IMG/VR virus record: IMGVR_UViG_3300032333_000153
Coordinates: 1 to 56,726 of that record
Direction: 5' to 3' (one strand)
DNA length: 56,726 nucleotides
DNA from: a virus
Taxonomy: Duplodnaviria; Caudoviricetes
The translations under genes and the position numbers were made by a program. Positions 19,069-27,953 of the stretch are shown piece by piece. How positions within the stretch are numbered: the first letter of the stretch is position 1; each line of letters begins with the position of its first letter. The notes beneath the pieces are model-generated. The model was not told the DNA's origin, made no database searches, and saw only the letters and a program-made list of their open reading frames with translations.

Positions 19069-19421
19069 TCCCTCTTCTCCTCTCCAAGGGCGGCGCGGGC
19101 CTTTTCCATAGCAATGCGCCACGACGGCTCATACCTCAATAATGGCGGTCCGTTTTGCATATCGATCAAACCTTCCAACGCCTCCCGCAGTCTCCCGACT
19201 TCCTGCCCCAGCGTCACGATGTCGAGTTGCTGCTCCGCGATGTGTTCGCGCAGACCCTCAGCCGCCGCTTCCAGTTTCACAAGATCGTCTTCGAGACGGC
19301 AGGCGTAGTAGTGCATGTGGCTACGATTTTTCTCAGCCTTCTCCAACGCATCCGCAGCGCGGTGCGCCGCCGTGTAGTGCGCCGGGTACGAGCGAAGCTC
19401 CTGTACTAGTTCATCAATCAT
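19065..19421 (-). CDS. Coiled-coil hypothetical protein
   Basis: AADALE...RLREALE...ARAALGEE. Confidence 0.55.
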   Translation of the reverse strand: MIDELVQELRSYPAHYTAAHRAADALEKAEKNRSHMHYYACRLEDDLVKLEAAAEGLREHIAEQQLDIVTLGQEVGRLREALEGLIDMQNGPPLLRYEPSWRIAMEKARAALGEEKRE

Positions 19422-19563
19422 GCCTCTCCCCTCTTAATCCTCATGCGACGCAGTTCGTAGGTGATGACGTGGGAGTTATGTTGCTTTGGTCGCGTGTATC
19501 GATGACGCCTCATGCGTCGATGCTCCTATGCGTTGCCGGGGCCGAAGCCCCGGCGTTGCTAGA

Positions 19564-20043
19564 TCAGCGAGCCCACGGGGGCGCGGAGGAAGACTTCGCA
19601 GCCGGAGCGGAAGCCGGTGCCGAGGCCATAGGCTTCGGGGGCGACGCACCAGCCGACCCGAAGCCACTCACTTCGTTCTTGTCCCCGTACTGAGGATCAG
19701 ACTTGATCTTCAATTTGACCTTCAGGTTTCCGCCGATGAGCTGATCCGTGTCGGTCAGGCGAGCGATGCCGAGGGCCTCCATGATCGAGCGGAGCTGCTG
19801 GCGACCGATCTCCTCGGCCTTGGGGTTGGCGTTCTCAGTGTTGATGTTGCCGTACACGACGCGGCCCTCATGCGAGGGGCCGGTGATGTCGTAGCGCACC
19901 GCAATGTACTGGCCCGTACCAGCCTTGGTGGTCTTCAGTTCCGCGCTGTGAATGGTCGCGGTGTACCAGCCAGCCGGGAGGCACTCGTAGCTGCCGCCAG
20001 ACGGGAGATCTTCAGCGAGAAAGGACTTTCCGAGGTTTGCCAT
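19564..20043 (-). CDS. DUF669-family single-stranded DNA-binding protein
   Basis: LPAGWYTATI..AELK.TK.GTG; NEV.GF; C-terminal PPWAR. Confidence 0.8.
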   Translation of the reverse strand: MANLGKSFLAEDLPSGGSYECLPAGWYTATIHSAELKTTKAGTGQYIAVRYDITGPSHEGRVVYGNINTENANPKAEEIGRQQLRSIMEALGIARLTDTDQLIGGNLKVKLKIKSDPQYGDKNEVSGFGSAGASPPKPMASAPASAPAAKSSSAPPWAR

Positions 20044-20048
20044 GCTTC

Positions 20049-20426
20049 TTACTCCTTGGTGATGGTGAATGATGGGCGACCGGGGGTCGTGGTAATCGCC
20101 CCCAGCAGCGGTGTCGTGATCGCAGGATCTGTCGCGTCCCACGCCTTGGCGTTGATCTCCGGCTTCCAGCGAAACAGGTTCGTGAGGTGCTCGTACACGC
20201 CGGCCTCGACGGCCAGCTCTTGCAGCTTGTCGGCGTCAATCTTGCGATTGAGACGACCGACGACCTTCAGCTTATAGCCTTCAGCCTTCCAGTTCTCGGT
20301 CCCGTCGAGGGTATCGGGGACGCGGAGCGCCCCGATCAACTGGTCCTCAATGGAGCGGCGAAGCTCGATGGCCTCGCGCTCAGCTTCCTTGGCGGCGAGC
20401 CACTGAGATGAGAGTTCGGCGATCAT
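20049..20426 (-). CDS. Conserved recombination-module protein
   Basis: WLAAKEAE...FRWKPEIN..AW...PGRPSF, between the AAA ATPase and the SSB. Confidence 0.6.
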   Translation of the reverse strand: MIAELSSQWLAAKEAEREAIELRRSIEDQLIGALRVPDTLDGTENWKAEGYKLKVVGRLNRKIDADKLQELAVEAGVYEHLTNLFRWKPEINAKAWDATDPAITTPLLGAITTTPGRPSFTITKE

Positions 20427-20770
20427 AGCCCCTCTCCTTCGGTGAACTCGACGCGGACGCAGGCAGTGCGGTTGATGTTTGCATTTGCATTTGCCTGCTC
20501 ACGCGTAGGGTACGCGCAACCAAAAAAGACTTCTTCTGTGTCATACAAATTGATCCATACCTCATGCTTCTTCGGCACGTTCACGAGGTCGTAGGGGCTC
20601 TCCCTGTCGGATATGACGCGACCATCGGCATGCCTGTACCCGATAGTTTCTTTTCCAGCTATTGTTACGGCGATGACGATGGGGCGATCATCCTTCAGGT
20701 CCGTTGCCACAACACGCACTTGCTCAGGCGCGTAGCGGAACTGGACGGGCTCCTTCGGGTCGAAAGGCAT
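20423..20770 (-). CDS. Hypothetical protein
   Basis: MPFDPKEPVQ...YDLVNVP...WINLY. Confidence 0.55.
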   Translation of the reverse strand: MPFDPKEPVQFRYAPEQVRVVATDLKDDRPIVIAVTIAGKETIGYRHADGRVISDRESPYDLVNVPKKHEVWINLYDTEEVFFGCAYPTREQANANANINRTACVRVEFTEGEGL

Positions 20771-21441
20771 CACCGACCCCCGATCTTTTCGATGACCGCC
20801 CCGAGATCCGGAGCCTCCCACGGCGCGAGCTTGCCGGAGCGATCTTTGGCCGCCCACAGGCCGTCCGTGTCGCACATCAGGGCGCGCTGGGTGTTGCCCT
20901 CAGCGTCCCGCTCGACACGGAGCGCCAGAACCTCGTCGAAGAAGTAGGGCAACGACTGGCCGACCTTGTTGCCGGGCATCGAGGGCGCGTAGAGCATGCG
21001 GCCCATCTCGTCCTGCGACTTCTCCAGCTTCGCGCTCATGTAGACGTGCTTGCCGGGCAGGTCGCGGAACGCGCGGATCAGGTCAGAGACCTGCTCCTGC
21101 ATCGCGCCGTATGCCTGACGCGGATCCTTGGCGATCTTCTTCTCAGCGTTGAGGATCACTTCGGCGATCTCGCTGATGCTGTCGAGCGCGACGCTCTGGT
21201 ACTCCTCGCCGCCCTCGCCGGTGACGTAGACGTAAGCCTGCCGCAGGTCGTCGATGGTGTTGATCTCAATGAATGGCAAATCCGCATCCTGAATGGACAG
21301 GAGGCCGGCCTCAGCCGACAGCACGATGGGTTTCGGCAGCGTGGTGATGAGCGAGGTCTTGCCCGCACCTGCCGCGCCATACACGAGCAGCTTGACGCCG
21401 CTCTTGGTCAGGTCACGAGTTCTTTTGATGGAAATGGCCAT
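20770..21441 (-). CDS. AAA_24 / Sak4-like P-loop ATPase (recombination)
   Basis: LLVYGAAGAGKT, LSAEAGL, VALDSISE, WAAKDRSG. Confidence 0.85.
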   Translation of the reverse strand: MAISIKRTRDLTKSGVKLLVYGAAGAGKTSLITTLPKPIVLSAEAGLLSIQDADLPFIEINTIDDLRQAYVYVTGEGGEEYQSVALDSISEIAEVILNAEKKIAKDPRQAYGAMQEQVSDLIRAFRDLPGKHVYMSAKLEKSQDEMGRMLYAPSMPGNKVGQSLPYFFDEVLALRVERDAEGNTQRALMCDTDGLWAAKDRSGKLAPWEAPDLGAVIEKIGGR

Positions 21442-21442
21442 T

Positions 21443-21544
21443 TCAGTTGCTCCCCTTGAAGCGCGCAATCTCGAAGGCCGCAGCCACGAACAGCGCGAAC
21501 ACGCACACAGGTCCGAAGACCACAAACAGATCTGATGTTGTCAT
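21443..21544 (-). CDS. 33-aa membrane peptide (not in ORF track)
   Basis: MTTSDLFVVFGPVCVFALFVAAAFEIARFKGSN*; RBS AAGGGG. Confidence 0.4.
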   Translation of the reverse strand: MTTSDLFVVFGPVCVFALFVAAAFEIARFKGSN

Positions 21545-21591
21545 TGGTTGACCCCTTGGGTGGGAGCGGGGCCGGAGCCCCGCCGAAGCGA

Positions 21592-21834
21592 TTACTGGAT
21601 CTCGGAAAGGTCGATGTTGCCCAGAGAGTCGATTGCGCTCTCGATGTAGCCCAGCGCATCTTGCAGGGTGCTGAACTCGTCCTGCTCTTGCTGGCCCTTT
21701 TCGCTCTCGGCGTACTTTTCGGAGCGGTTGCTGATCTTCTCGTCCATGGTGGTGACCATGGCCTCAAACTCGGCCTGCATCTCTTGCAGGCGGGAGAGCA
21801 TCTTGCTGATCTTTTTCTGTTCGGTCTTGTTCAT
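21592..21834 (-). CDS. Acidic coiled-coil hypothetical protein
   Basis: N.SE.Y.ESEKG motif; first gene of the leftward operon. Confidence 0.6.
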   Translation of the reverse strand: MNKTEQKKISKMLSRLQEMQAEFEAMVTTMDEKISNRSEKYAESEKGQQEQDEFSTLQDALGYIESAIDSLGNIDLSEIQ

Positions 21835-21944
21835 CGGTTTGTTTCTCCGTCGCCGCGTCGGTCAATCCAGTTCGGCGATGAGTGATCTTTACCCCATCCT
21901 TGTTGTGGTGTAAACAGCTTTCGGAACAAAAATCACAAGAGGCC

Positions 21945-22127
21945 ATGAAAATGGAAATCGAACAGTTTAGGTCAATTCTGAACCTTCTGAATCTCAAGGA
22001 GGTTTCGCGCGAAACAGGCGTACACGCCAACACTCTTTACAGGATCGCAGCCGGGGGCGAGCCTAAGTATTCGACCGTGCTTCGCATCATGGTATACCTT
22101 AAGTCAAAGGGGCTCCTGAATGGCTGA
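21945..22127 (+). CDS. Cro-like HTH protein
   Basis: LKEVSRETGVHANTLYRIAAG.EPKYSTV; divergent from the leftward operon. Confidence 0.75.
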   Translation: MKMEIEQFRSILNLLNLKEVSRETGVHANTLYRIAAGGEPKYSTVLRIMVYLKSKGLLNG

Positions 22128-24159
22128 TCTGGTCAACATATTTGGTGCTCCGATCACGCTCGGGCAGAAGCAAGAGGCCGCGCCCCTCGAACATCAGATC
22201 GCCGACGCAATGCAGGCGGCGGGGCTAACACCACCGCATCCGATCCACATTGATGGCAAGCTGCATCGGTTTCGGACGGGCACGAAGGGGCAGGGCGGCC
22301 ACGGGGACAAGACTGGCTGGTACGTCATTTTTCCAGACGGGATACCTGCCGGAAAATTCGGCTGCTGGCGGGCCGGCCTTGAATCCAATTGGCGCGCGGA
22401 GATCGGGCGGACCCTGACGCCGGTCGAGGAGATGGCGCACGCTCGGCGGTTGGCGGAGGCCAAGGCGGCCCGGGACGCAGAACAGGCCAAGAGCCGGGAG
22501 ACCGCCGCCAACACAGTTGAGCAGATATGGGTAAACGCTGGAGCGGCAAGCCCGGACCATCCGTATTTGGCTCGCAAGGGCGTCCAGCCGCACGGCGCGC
22601 GTGTGACCGGCGATGGCCGGCTGATCGTCCCGCTGTACGGCTCAGACGGAAAAATTTCCAGTCTGCAATACATCGCCCACGACGGTGGAAAACTTTACCA
22701 TCAGAGCGGCGAAACGGGCGGAAAATACTGGCAGGTCGGCGTCTCCGATACGCCCGGCACGATCTACATTGCCGAGGGCTTCGCGACTGCGGCGACTATC
22801 CATGAGGTGACCGGGCGGCCCTGTGTTGTGGCGTACTCGGCCAGCAATCTGGTTCCGGTGACCGGCGAGATCCGGGAGCGGCTCGGCCCCACGCAGGTAA
22901 TCGTGATCGTGGCGGACAATGATAAATCCGGGACTGGCCAGAAATACGCTGACAACGCGAGCGCAAAATATGGGGCTCAGGTGATTATGCCGCCGGAGCC
23001 GGGCGACGCGAACGACTACGTGCAGGCCGGGCATGACCTGAAGGCGCTCCTCTATCAGGCTTCCTCGGAGAACCCGCTGGAGAAGCTCAAGGTCGTCTTT
23101 GGCGACCAGCTTGGGGCGGACTACGAGCCGCCCGACGAACTGATCGAGGGGCTGCTGACGCTGTGCAGCCTGACGGTGCTGTACGGCGATTCAAACAGCG
23201 GAAAGACCTTCTTCGCGCTCTCGCTGGCGACGGCGGTGGCGACCGGCGAGCCTTGCTATGGCCGGCGCGTCGATACCGGCTTGGTTTTGTATCTGGCCTC
23301 CGAGGCTCCCGGATCCATCCGGGCGCGCATGCAGGCGCTGAAGAAGTTCCACGGGTGCGACCTGAAGCGGCTCGCGATGGTGCCGGTCCCGTTGAATTTT
23401 TACTCGGGCGAGAAGGATGTCACGGACGTACTGGCGGCGGTCAAGGACATCGAGGCCCTCAAGGGCGAGCGGGTCCGGCTCATCATCGGGGACACGCTGG
23501 CGCGCATGTCGGCGGGGGCGAACGAAAACAGCGGCGAGGACATGGGGCCGGTCATGGCCCGGTTTGATCGGCTCTCTCAGGCGACCGGCGCGGCGGTCCT
23601 CATCATCCATCACAGCGGCAAGGATCAGGCGCGGGGCGCGCGAGGATGGTCGGGCATCCGGGCGCACATCGACACTGAGATCGAGGTGACGGAGGTGAAT
23701 GACGACCGGACGGCCAGCGTGACCAAGCAGCGCGAGCTGCCGTCCAAGGGCGAGGACATCCCGTTCAAGCTGGAGGTCGTCGAGATGGGGACCACGAAAT
23801 TCGGGGCTCCGGCCACGACCTGCGTGGCGGTCCCGGACGAGAAGGTGCGCGAGAAGAGGCCGAAGCCGGAAAGCAAAATCGAGCAATATAGGAAAATCTT
23901 CCAGAACACATGGTTCGCGACGGGGTGCGAATTGAGGGGCGACAGCGAACCCTACGTCAGCCGGGCGGGCATTCTGAGGTACATGATGGAGGGTCTTGGG
24001 CATACCGAAAAGACGGCGCTGAAGAAGGTAAAGCCGGGCTCTGATGACGAGCTGATCGGGGCTCTGCTGCTTGCCAAGATCATCAGGGAGGAGGAGCACG
24101 GGTGGGTCGTCATCGACAAGGTGCAGGCTTCAGCTATGCTTATCAGCAGGAAAAGCTAA
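22120..24159 (+). CDS. Primase-helicase (Toprim plus AAA_25/RepA-type helicase)
   Basis: HPYLARKG, IAEGFATA, VADND, GDANDY; YGDSNSGKT, IIGDTLAR, IIHHSGKD, RGWS. Confidence 0.9.
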   Translation: MADLVNIFGAPITLGQKQEAAPLEHQIADAMQAAGLTPPHPIHIDGKLHRFRTGTKGQGGHGDKTGWYVIFPDGIPAGKFGCWRAGLESNWRAEIGRTLTPVEEMAHARRLAEAKAARDAEQAKSRETAANTVEQIWVNAGAASPDHPYLARKGVQPHGARVTGDGRLIVPLYGSDGKISSLQYIAHDGGKLYHQSGETGGKYWQVGVSDTPGTIYIAEGFATAATIHEVTGRPCVVAYSASNLVPVTGEIRERLGPTQVIVIVADNDKSGTGQKYADNASAKYGAQVIMPPEPGDANDYVQAGHDLKALLYQASSENPLEKLKVVFGDQLGADYEPPDELIEGLLTLCSLTVLYGDSNSGKTFFALSLATAVATGEPCYGRRVDTGLVLYLASEAPGSIRARMQALKKFHGCDLKRLAMVPVPLNFYSGEKDVTDVLAAVKDIEALKGERVRLIIGDTLARMSAGANENSGEDMGPVMARFDRLSQATGAAVLIIHHSGKDQARGARGWSGIRAHIDTEIEVTEVNDDRTASVTKQRELPSKGEDIPFKLEVVEMGTTKFGAPATTCVAVPDEKVREKRPKPESKIEQYRKIFQNTWFATGCELRGDSEPYVSRAGILRYMMEGLGHTEKTALKKVKPGSDDELIGALLLAKIIREEEHGWVVIDKVQASAMLISRKS

Positions 24160-24164
24160 GGTGA

Positions 24165-24340
24165 AGCGTACTGAGCGTACCGTACCGTACTTTGGCGTAC
24201 TGAGTACGTTCTGGGCAAGGCGTCGTTGTCCGGGCAGTAGCGTACCGGCGGGGGGGAGGGGCACCGGTACGTACCCCCTTTACAGGGGGACGTCCCCCCG
24301 GTACGTTACGTGGCCCGGACACGATGCGGGCGGTACGGTT
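24165..24340. other. Putative replication origin: GTAC-rich iteron cluster with a CCCCC-N6-GGGGG dyad
   Basis: 11 GTAC in about 170 bp immediately after the primase-helicase stop. Confidence 0.6.
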
Positions 24341-24365
24341 CGAGATTTTCATGATGGAGGATGGG

Positions 24366-24698
24366 ATGAGAAAGAGGCGTACCTTTTTTGGAAGTAGGCC
24401 GGTCAATCCGGGCTGGGTCGAGCACCCAGAGGTCTTCGAGAGGGATGATGAGACTTGGAAAATATTCTTTAGCCTAAGCTCAGCGGATAAGGGGTACGTG
24501 AACTTCAAAATATTCGCGGACGGGCCTGTGAAGTCGAAGGCAAACTACTGGATCGGGATGAGCCGGAGGCGGTGCTTTAACACCGACCTCGTTCTGCTTC
24601 GTCACCGGGGGGATCTGTACGATTGGGCCATCGAGGAGATGAAAGGAATATTTTCAGATCACATCGGGCCGATCAATGAGGGGGAGTTTGCGCCGTGA
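24366..24698 (+). CDS. Hypothetical protein
   Basis: RBS GGAGG; KANYW motif. Confidence 0.5.
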   Translation: MRKRRTFFGSRPVNPGWVEHPEVFERDDETWKIFFSLSSADKGYVNFKIFADGPVKSKANYWIGMSRRRCFNTDLVLLRHRGDLYDWAIEEMKGIFSDHIGPINEGEFAP

Positions 24699-24943
24699 TG
24701 AGCGAGAATTTGGATGATGGCGTTTGGTGCGACTTGATGAGCTGTCACGTAATGGACGTGCAGGCCGACCGCAATGGCGTGGTGGTCTTCAGCCTCGCCT
24801 ACAAAAATGTCCCGGACATGACCGGGACAATTAAGAGGGCGAAGCAGTTTGATCCGGACGTGAACGTGATCCTCGCCATGGCTCCGGGAAAGCCTCTCGT
24901 GCGCTACGTGCGCGGGATCAACGATTTCTGGAGTTACTGCTAG
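24695..24943 (+). CDS. Hypothetical protein
   Basis: PDMTGTI motif; coupled to the upstream gene. Confidence 0.5.
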   Translation: MMSENLDDGVWCDLMSCHVMDVQADRNGVVVFSLAYKNVPDMTGTIKRAKQFDPDVNVILAMAPGKPLVRYVRGINDFWSYC

Positions 24944-25149
24944 GCCCGCTCAATGCGCTTGGCCAGCCAGCGCAGGGACAGGGCGCCCTCGTCTAGGGCC
25001 ATGATAATCAGGGCGACGGGGCGGGGGATGTCCTGCCTGCCCCGGAGCCAGTTCTGGATGGTCTTGGTCGTCACGCCGCAGATGTGGGCCAAGTCGATCT
25101 GGAACAGGCCGTGGCGGAGAAGGGCGGTCTGAAGGTCTTGGGGGCTCAT
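24940..25149 (-). CDS. XRE-family HTH protein, candidate repressor of the early promoters
   Basis: QIDLAHICGVTTKTIQNWLRG..IP. Confidence 0.8.
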   Translation of the reverse strand: MSPQDLQTALLRHGLFQIDLAHICGVTTKTIQNWLRGRQDIPRPVALIIMALDEGALSLRWLAKRIERA

Positions 25150-25211
25150 GCGTAGTCTCCTCATGAAATGGCCGCCAGAGGCCCCAGAAAGGTCGCTGGC
25201 GGCCTTGGTGG

Positions 25212-25436
25212 TCAAGTGGGTAGTCGGTTGTATATCCCGTCTATCCAGCAGCACGCGGTCTCCTTGAGCGCCTCCGGCAGGGTGCCGGGGGAGCGGGAGA
25301 TGACCGCAAGCTCGAAGCTGTAGTGCTGGCCATCGTCGGGGTGGTAGACGTCCACGTCGGCGCGCTCGTCGCCCATCGTGTAGCGGACGTGATAGCTGTA
25401 GTCGCGGTGGTAGCCGGAGATATGGAGTTTGGTCAT
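25212..25436 (-). CDS. Early hypothetical protein
   Basis: ORF track, 74 aa. Confidence 0.5.
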   Translation of the reverse strand: MTKLHISGYHRDYSYHVRYTMGDERADVDVYHPDDGQHYSFELAVISRSPGTLPEALKETACCWIDGIYNRLPT

Positions 25437-25439
25437 CGC

Positions 25440-25646
25440 TCAAGCCCTGACGATGTAAGAACCGCCGTCAAGTTCGTAAACTGTGCCGGGATCTAGTTGG
25501 GCCAGAAGATCCTCGACAGCGGCCTCTGGGGTGTTTCCGTAGCCAACAGGATCCGTCCATTCGCCGCCGTACTCCGAGGTGACGGCGACCCAGTCGAGGC
25601 CGGATGTGGCAGCGAAGCCGAGATAGGGGTGGGTTTCAATACGCAT
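25440..25646 (-). CDS. Early hypothetical protein
   Basis: CAATGGAG leader; GYGNTPEAAVEDL. Confidence 0.55.
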   Translation of the reverse strand: MRIETHPYLGFAATSGLDWVAVTSEYGGEWTDPVGYGNTPEAAVEDLLAQLDPGTVYELDGGSYIVRA

Positions 25647-25695
25647 ATCGATCTCCATTGGGTTGAGGGGCGGGGCTGGAACCCCGCCCGATAGA

Positions 25696-25977
25696 TCAGA
25701 CCATGGCCTTGATGTTGACCTTCGGCTTGTCGCGGAGCGTGGTGATGAGCGTCACCTTGGTGCAGGCGGCGACCTGCTCGGCGGTCAGAAGCTCCTTGAC
25801 GGCCTTGGTGTCGAGCGTGGAGCGCTCGGAGAGGCTCACGACGACGGTGGCGTAGTCGCCCTCGATCACCTCAAGGCCGGTGGCCTTGATCTCGGCCTTT
25901 ACGGCCTCGAACTCTTTGGTGAGGGCGTCGATTTCCTGCTTGAGGATGGTGAAGCGGTCGGCGAGGTAAGCGGTCAT
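25696..25977 (-). CDS. Early protein (coiled coil plus beta domain)
   Basis: First gene after promoter 26016-26045; CAATGGAG leader. Confidence 0.65.
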   Translation of the reverse strand: MTAYLADRFTILKQEIDALTKEFEAVKAEIKATGLEVIEGDYATVVVSLSERSTLDTKAVKELLTAEQVAACTKVTLITTLRDKPKVNIKAMV

Positions 25978-26015
25978 ATTGGGCTCCATTGGTTTGTGTC
26001 GGTGTTGACGCTCAG

Positions 26016-26045
26016 ACTATACGCGAAATCTTTTCGTGTGGTCAA
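26016..26045 (-). promoter_or_regulatory. Early sigma70 promoter with CGAAA-N3-TTTCG operator in the spacer
   Basis: TTGACC-18-TATAGT. Confidence 0.8.
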
Positions 26046-26173
26046 GCGTTCTTTTCGGGGATCCTCATGAGATCCTTGTAGTGGGCGAGCAGGCGCGGAG
26101 AGGCGTAGCGGGCGTCATCGCGGCATATGCCTTGGCGGCGCAGCAGGCGGTAGATCTTTTGAACTTTGGTCAT
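26042..26173 (-). CDS. 43-aa basic peptide (not in ORF track)
   Basis: MTKVQKIYRLLRRQG...; its stop TGA is part of the next -35 box. Confidence 0.4.
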   Translation of the reverse strand: MTKVQKIYRLLRRQGICRDDARYASPRLLAHYKDLMRIPEKNA

Positions 26174-26181
26174 GGCGAGCC

Positions 26182-26664
26182 TCAGAAGTTGTAGGGCTTG
26201 ATGTTGCGTGCCTTGCAGACGGCGCGGGCCGCGCGCTTGTTGGCGACGAAGACGCGCTCGCCGTTCTGGTATTCTTCGCCGTTGCAGGGGCGAGCGACGA
26301 TGGTGAGCTTGTAGCCGGTGCTGGTCTTGTGGAGGTAGGCGATCATTGTGTGCTCCATTGGTGTGTGTTCAACGGATTCACTATAGGCGAAATCTTTTCG
26401 CCCTGTCAACAGGGGCTCGCCACAAAGAGTGCTGTTGTATCGCGTGATGCGTTCGGCCTTGTAGTAGATTTGTCGGGTGCGCTCGCGAGACAGGCCGATC
26501 CGTCGCCCAATCTCGGCGAGCGTAGCCCCGGAGCGGCGGGCCGCCAGCACGTATCGATGGCGCAAGCGGGAAACTTCCCCTCTCGCCCAGTGCGGATCGT
26601 GGCCGCGAGCTAATAGGCGGGCATAGTAACGACCAAGCGTGTTTTTAAACTCAAAACGAGACAT
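26182..26664 (-). CDS. Sigma70 region-4-like HTH protein, in frame with a separately initiated 54-aa ORF (26182-26346)
   Basis: GATLAEIGRRIGLSRERTRQI; internal promoter and RBS before MIAYLHK. Confidence 0.6.
   Translation of the reverse strand: MSRFEFKNTLGRYYARLLARGHDPHWARGEVSRLRHRYVLAARRSGATLAEIGRRIGLSRERTRQIYYKAERITRYNSTLCGEPLLTGRKDFAYSESVEHTPMEHTMIAYLHKTSTGYKLTIVARPCNGEEYQNGERVFVANKRAARAVCKARNIKPYNF
26380..26409 (-). promoter_or_regulatory. Early sigma70 promoter with operator
   Basis: TTGACA-gggcgaaaagatttcgcc-TATAGT. Confidence 0.85.
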
Positions 26665-26704
26665 GCCATACTTCTCCGTGTTTATGTGCTTGGATGGTGG
26701 GGGC
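26651..26704 (-). repeat. Degenerate 54-bp copy of 27804-27857 (gene-end plus RBS/start relic)
   Basis: 44/54 identical by manual alignment. Confidence 0.8.
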
Positions 26705-27181
26705 TTACCGCTTGCGCGGCTTGCCCGTCTTCGTGAGGGTCGCCTGATAGTCGAGGGCCTGTTGCATTTGCGCAGCCTTCTGTTCCGCGTTGAATCCCTT
26801 GCGAACGGGGGTGTTGGGAGGGGCGATCAGGCCACCGCGCTCTGTGGTGACTTCGAGATAATCCAGAACCTCCCACGCGCCCGTCGTCTTGTTCATCGAC
26901 TTGACGCTGTGATTGGGCTTGATTTCGGTGACGCGGTAGAACTTCCCCGTGCTGTCATTCAACATAAAGTCTCCAACCTGAAGCTGGTCGAGGCGGACTT
27001 TGCGCAGAGCAGAAAGGAAAGCGGCGGCGGCAGCGCCCCGCTTGGTGTAAGCGATACCCTTGCCGTTGCAGCCATAGCAGCGGTCGCCGTCGATCTGGTT
27101 GTAAGAGTAACGACCAGAGCCGCCGCAGCGGGTGCAGGTCTGGGTCTCAAGGGCGGTCGGGGCGGTGCAGGTGATTGTCAT
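26705..27181 (-). CDS. Early protein with DnaJ-type zinc finger (CxxCxGxG x2)
   Basis: CTRCGGSG...CYGCNGKG. Confidence 0.7.
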   Translation of the reverse strand: MTITCTAPTALETQTCTRCGGSGRYSYNQIDGDRCYGCNGKGIAYTKRGAAAAAFLSALRKVRLDQLQVGDFMLNDSTGKFYRVTEIKPNHSVKSMNKTTGAWEVLDYLEVTTERGGLIAPPNTPVRKGFNAEQKAAQMQQALDYQATLTKTGKPRKR

Positions 27182-27214
27182 GTCTAACTCCATCAGTGTG
27201 TATTCGATGGAGTG

Positions 27215-27244
27215 ACTATAGGCGAAAAGATTTCGCCTTGTCAA
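27215..27244 (-). promoter_or_regulatory. Early sigma70 promoter with operator (dyad centre inverted)
   Basis: TTGACA-aggcgaaatcttttcgcc-TATAGT. Confidence 0.85.
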
Positions 27245-27284
27245 GCGGGGTCACGTTGCTTTTATTCGCCACGGCCTTCTGTGA

Positions 27285-27509
27285 TTAGCTGCGTCGTATG
27301 AGATCAATGACCTCTTGGATCTCGGGTCCGACTGACGTGACATAGTTCATACGTTCGTCGCGTATCGCGAACTCCAAGAAGCCAACAACAATCGCCAGCG
27401 CTTTATCGCGATCCTTGGGCAGTGACACCATGCACGGTACGATGCGCTTTTCGCTGGAGTTGTCCAAGTGACGCTCGTACTGCATCTTCGCCACCTTGCG
27501 TGCGTCCAT
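27285..27509 (-). CDS. Early hypothetical protein
   Basis: RBS AGGAG. Confidence 0.5.
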   Translation of the reverse strand: MDARKVAKMQYERHLDNSSEKRIVPCMVSLPKDRDKALAIVVGFLEFAIRDERMNYVTSVGPEIQEVIDLIRRS

Positions 27510-27565
27510 GCTTGTCTCCTGTAGTTACCAATCGTAGGTAAACGGCTCATCGACGGAATTACCCG

Positions 27566-27817
27566 TCAACGACCGTTGCACCAGAAAGTTTCAGAATATT
27601 CGCGCGGCCAGCGGTGGCTGTTGTCGGCGGAGCAGTGGGGGCAGGTGATGGATCCTCGCCACGTCTCGACGTGCTCAACCAAGTCGCCCCGGTTGTAGTG
27701 CCAGTCAACGAAGCGCCACTTGCATTCAAACGCGATTGGGGAGGCGGCTGGCTTGCCGCACTCCCCGCAGATGTAGCTGACTGTGGTTTTGTCTGTGTAC
27801 CGTTCAAAACGGGACAT
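27566..27817 (-). CDS. Early zinc-ribbon protein
   Basis: CGECG...CPHC; starts MSRFE. Confidence 0.5.
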   Translation of the reverse strand: MSRFERYTDKTTVSYICGECGKPAASPIAFECKWRFVDWHYNRGDLVEHVETWRGSITCPHCSADNSHRWPREYSETFWCNGR

Positions 27818-27953
27818 GCCAGACCTCTCCGCGCTCATGCGCTTGGAGGGCGGAGGCAAGCTCCAGCCGCAAGTGGGCGGCGGGCTCGTCCTGCCACTCG
27901 GCCTCCGCGATACGCTCGCGGAGGGCCTTGATGTGAGCGGTGAGGAGGATCAC
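27804..27953 (-). CDS. Small early protein
   Basis: GTG start coupled to the upstream gene; ends GEVWHVPF. Confidence 0.5.
   Translation of the reverse strand: MILLTAHIKALRERIAEAEWQDEPAAHLRLELASALQAHERGEVWHVPF

Noticed and set aside
21834-22127. Divergent region as a lambda-like lysogeny switch
   Set aside because: A Cro-like gene is present, but I found no CI with a peptidase domain, integrase or partition genes. Temperate lifestyle is unsupported.
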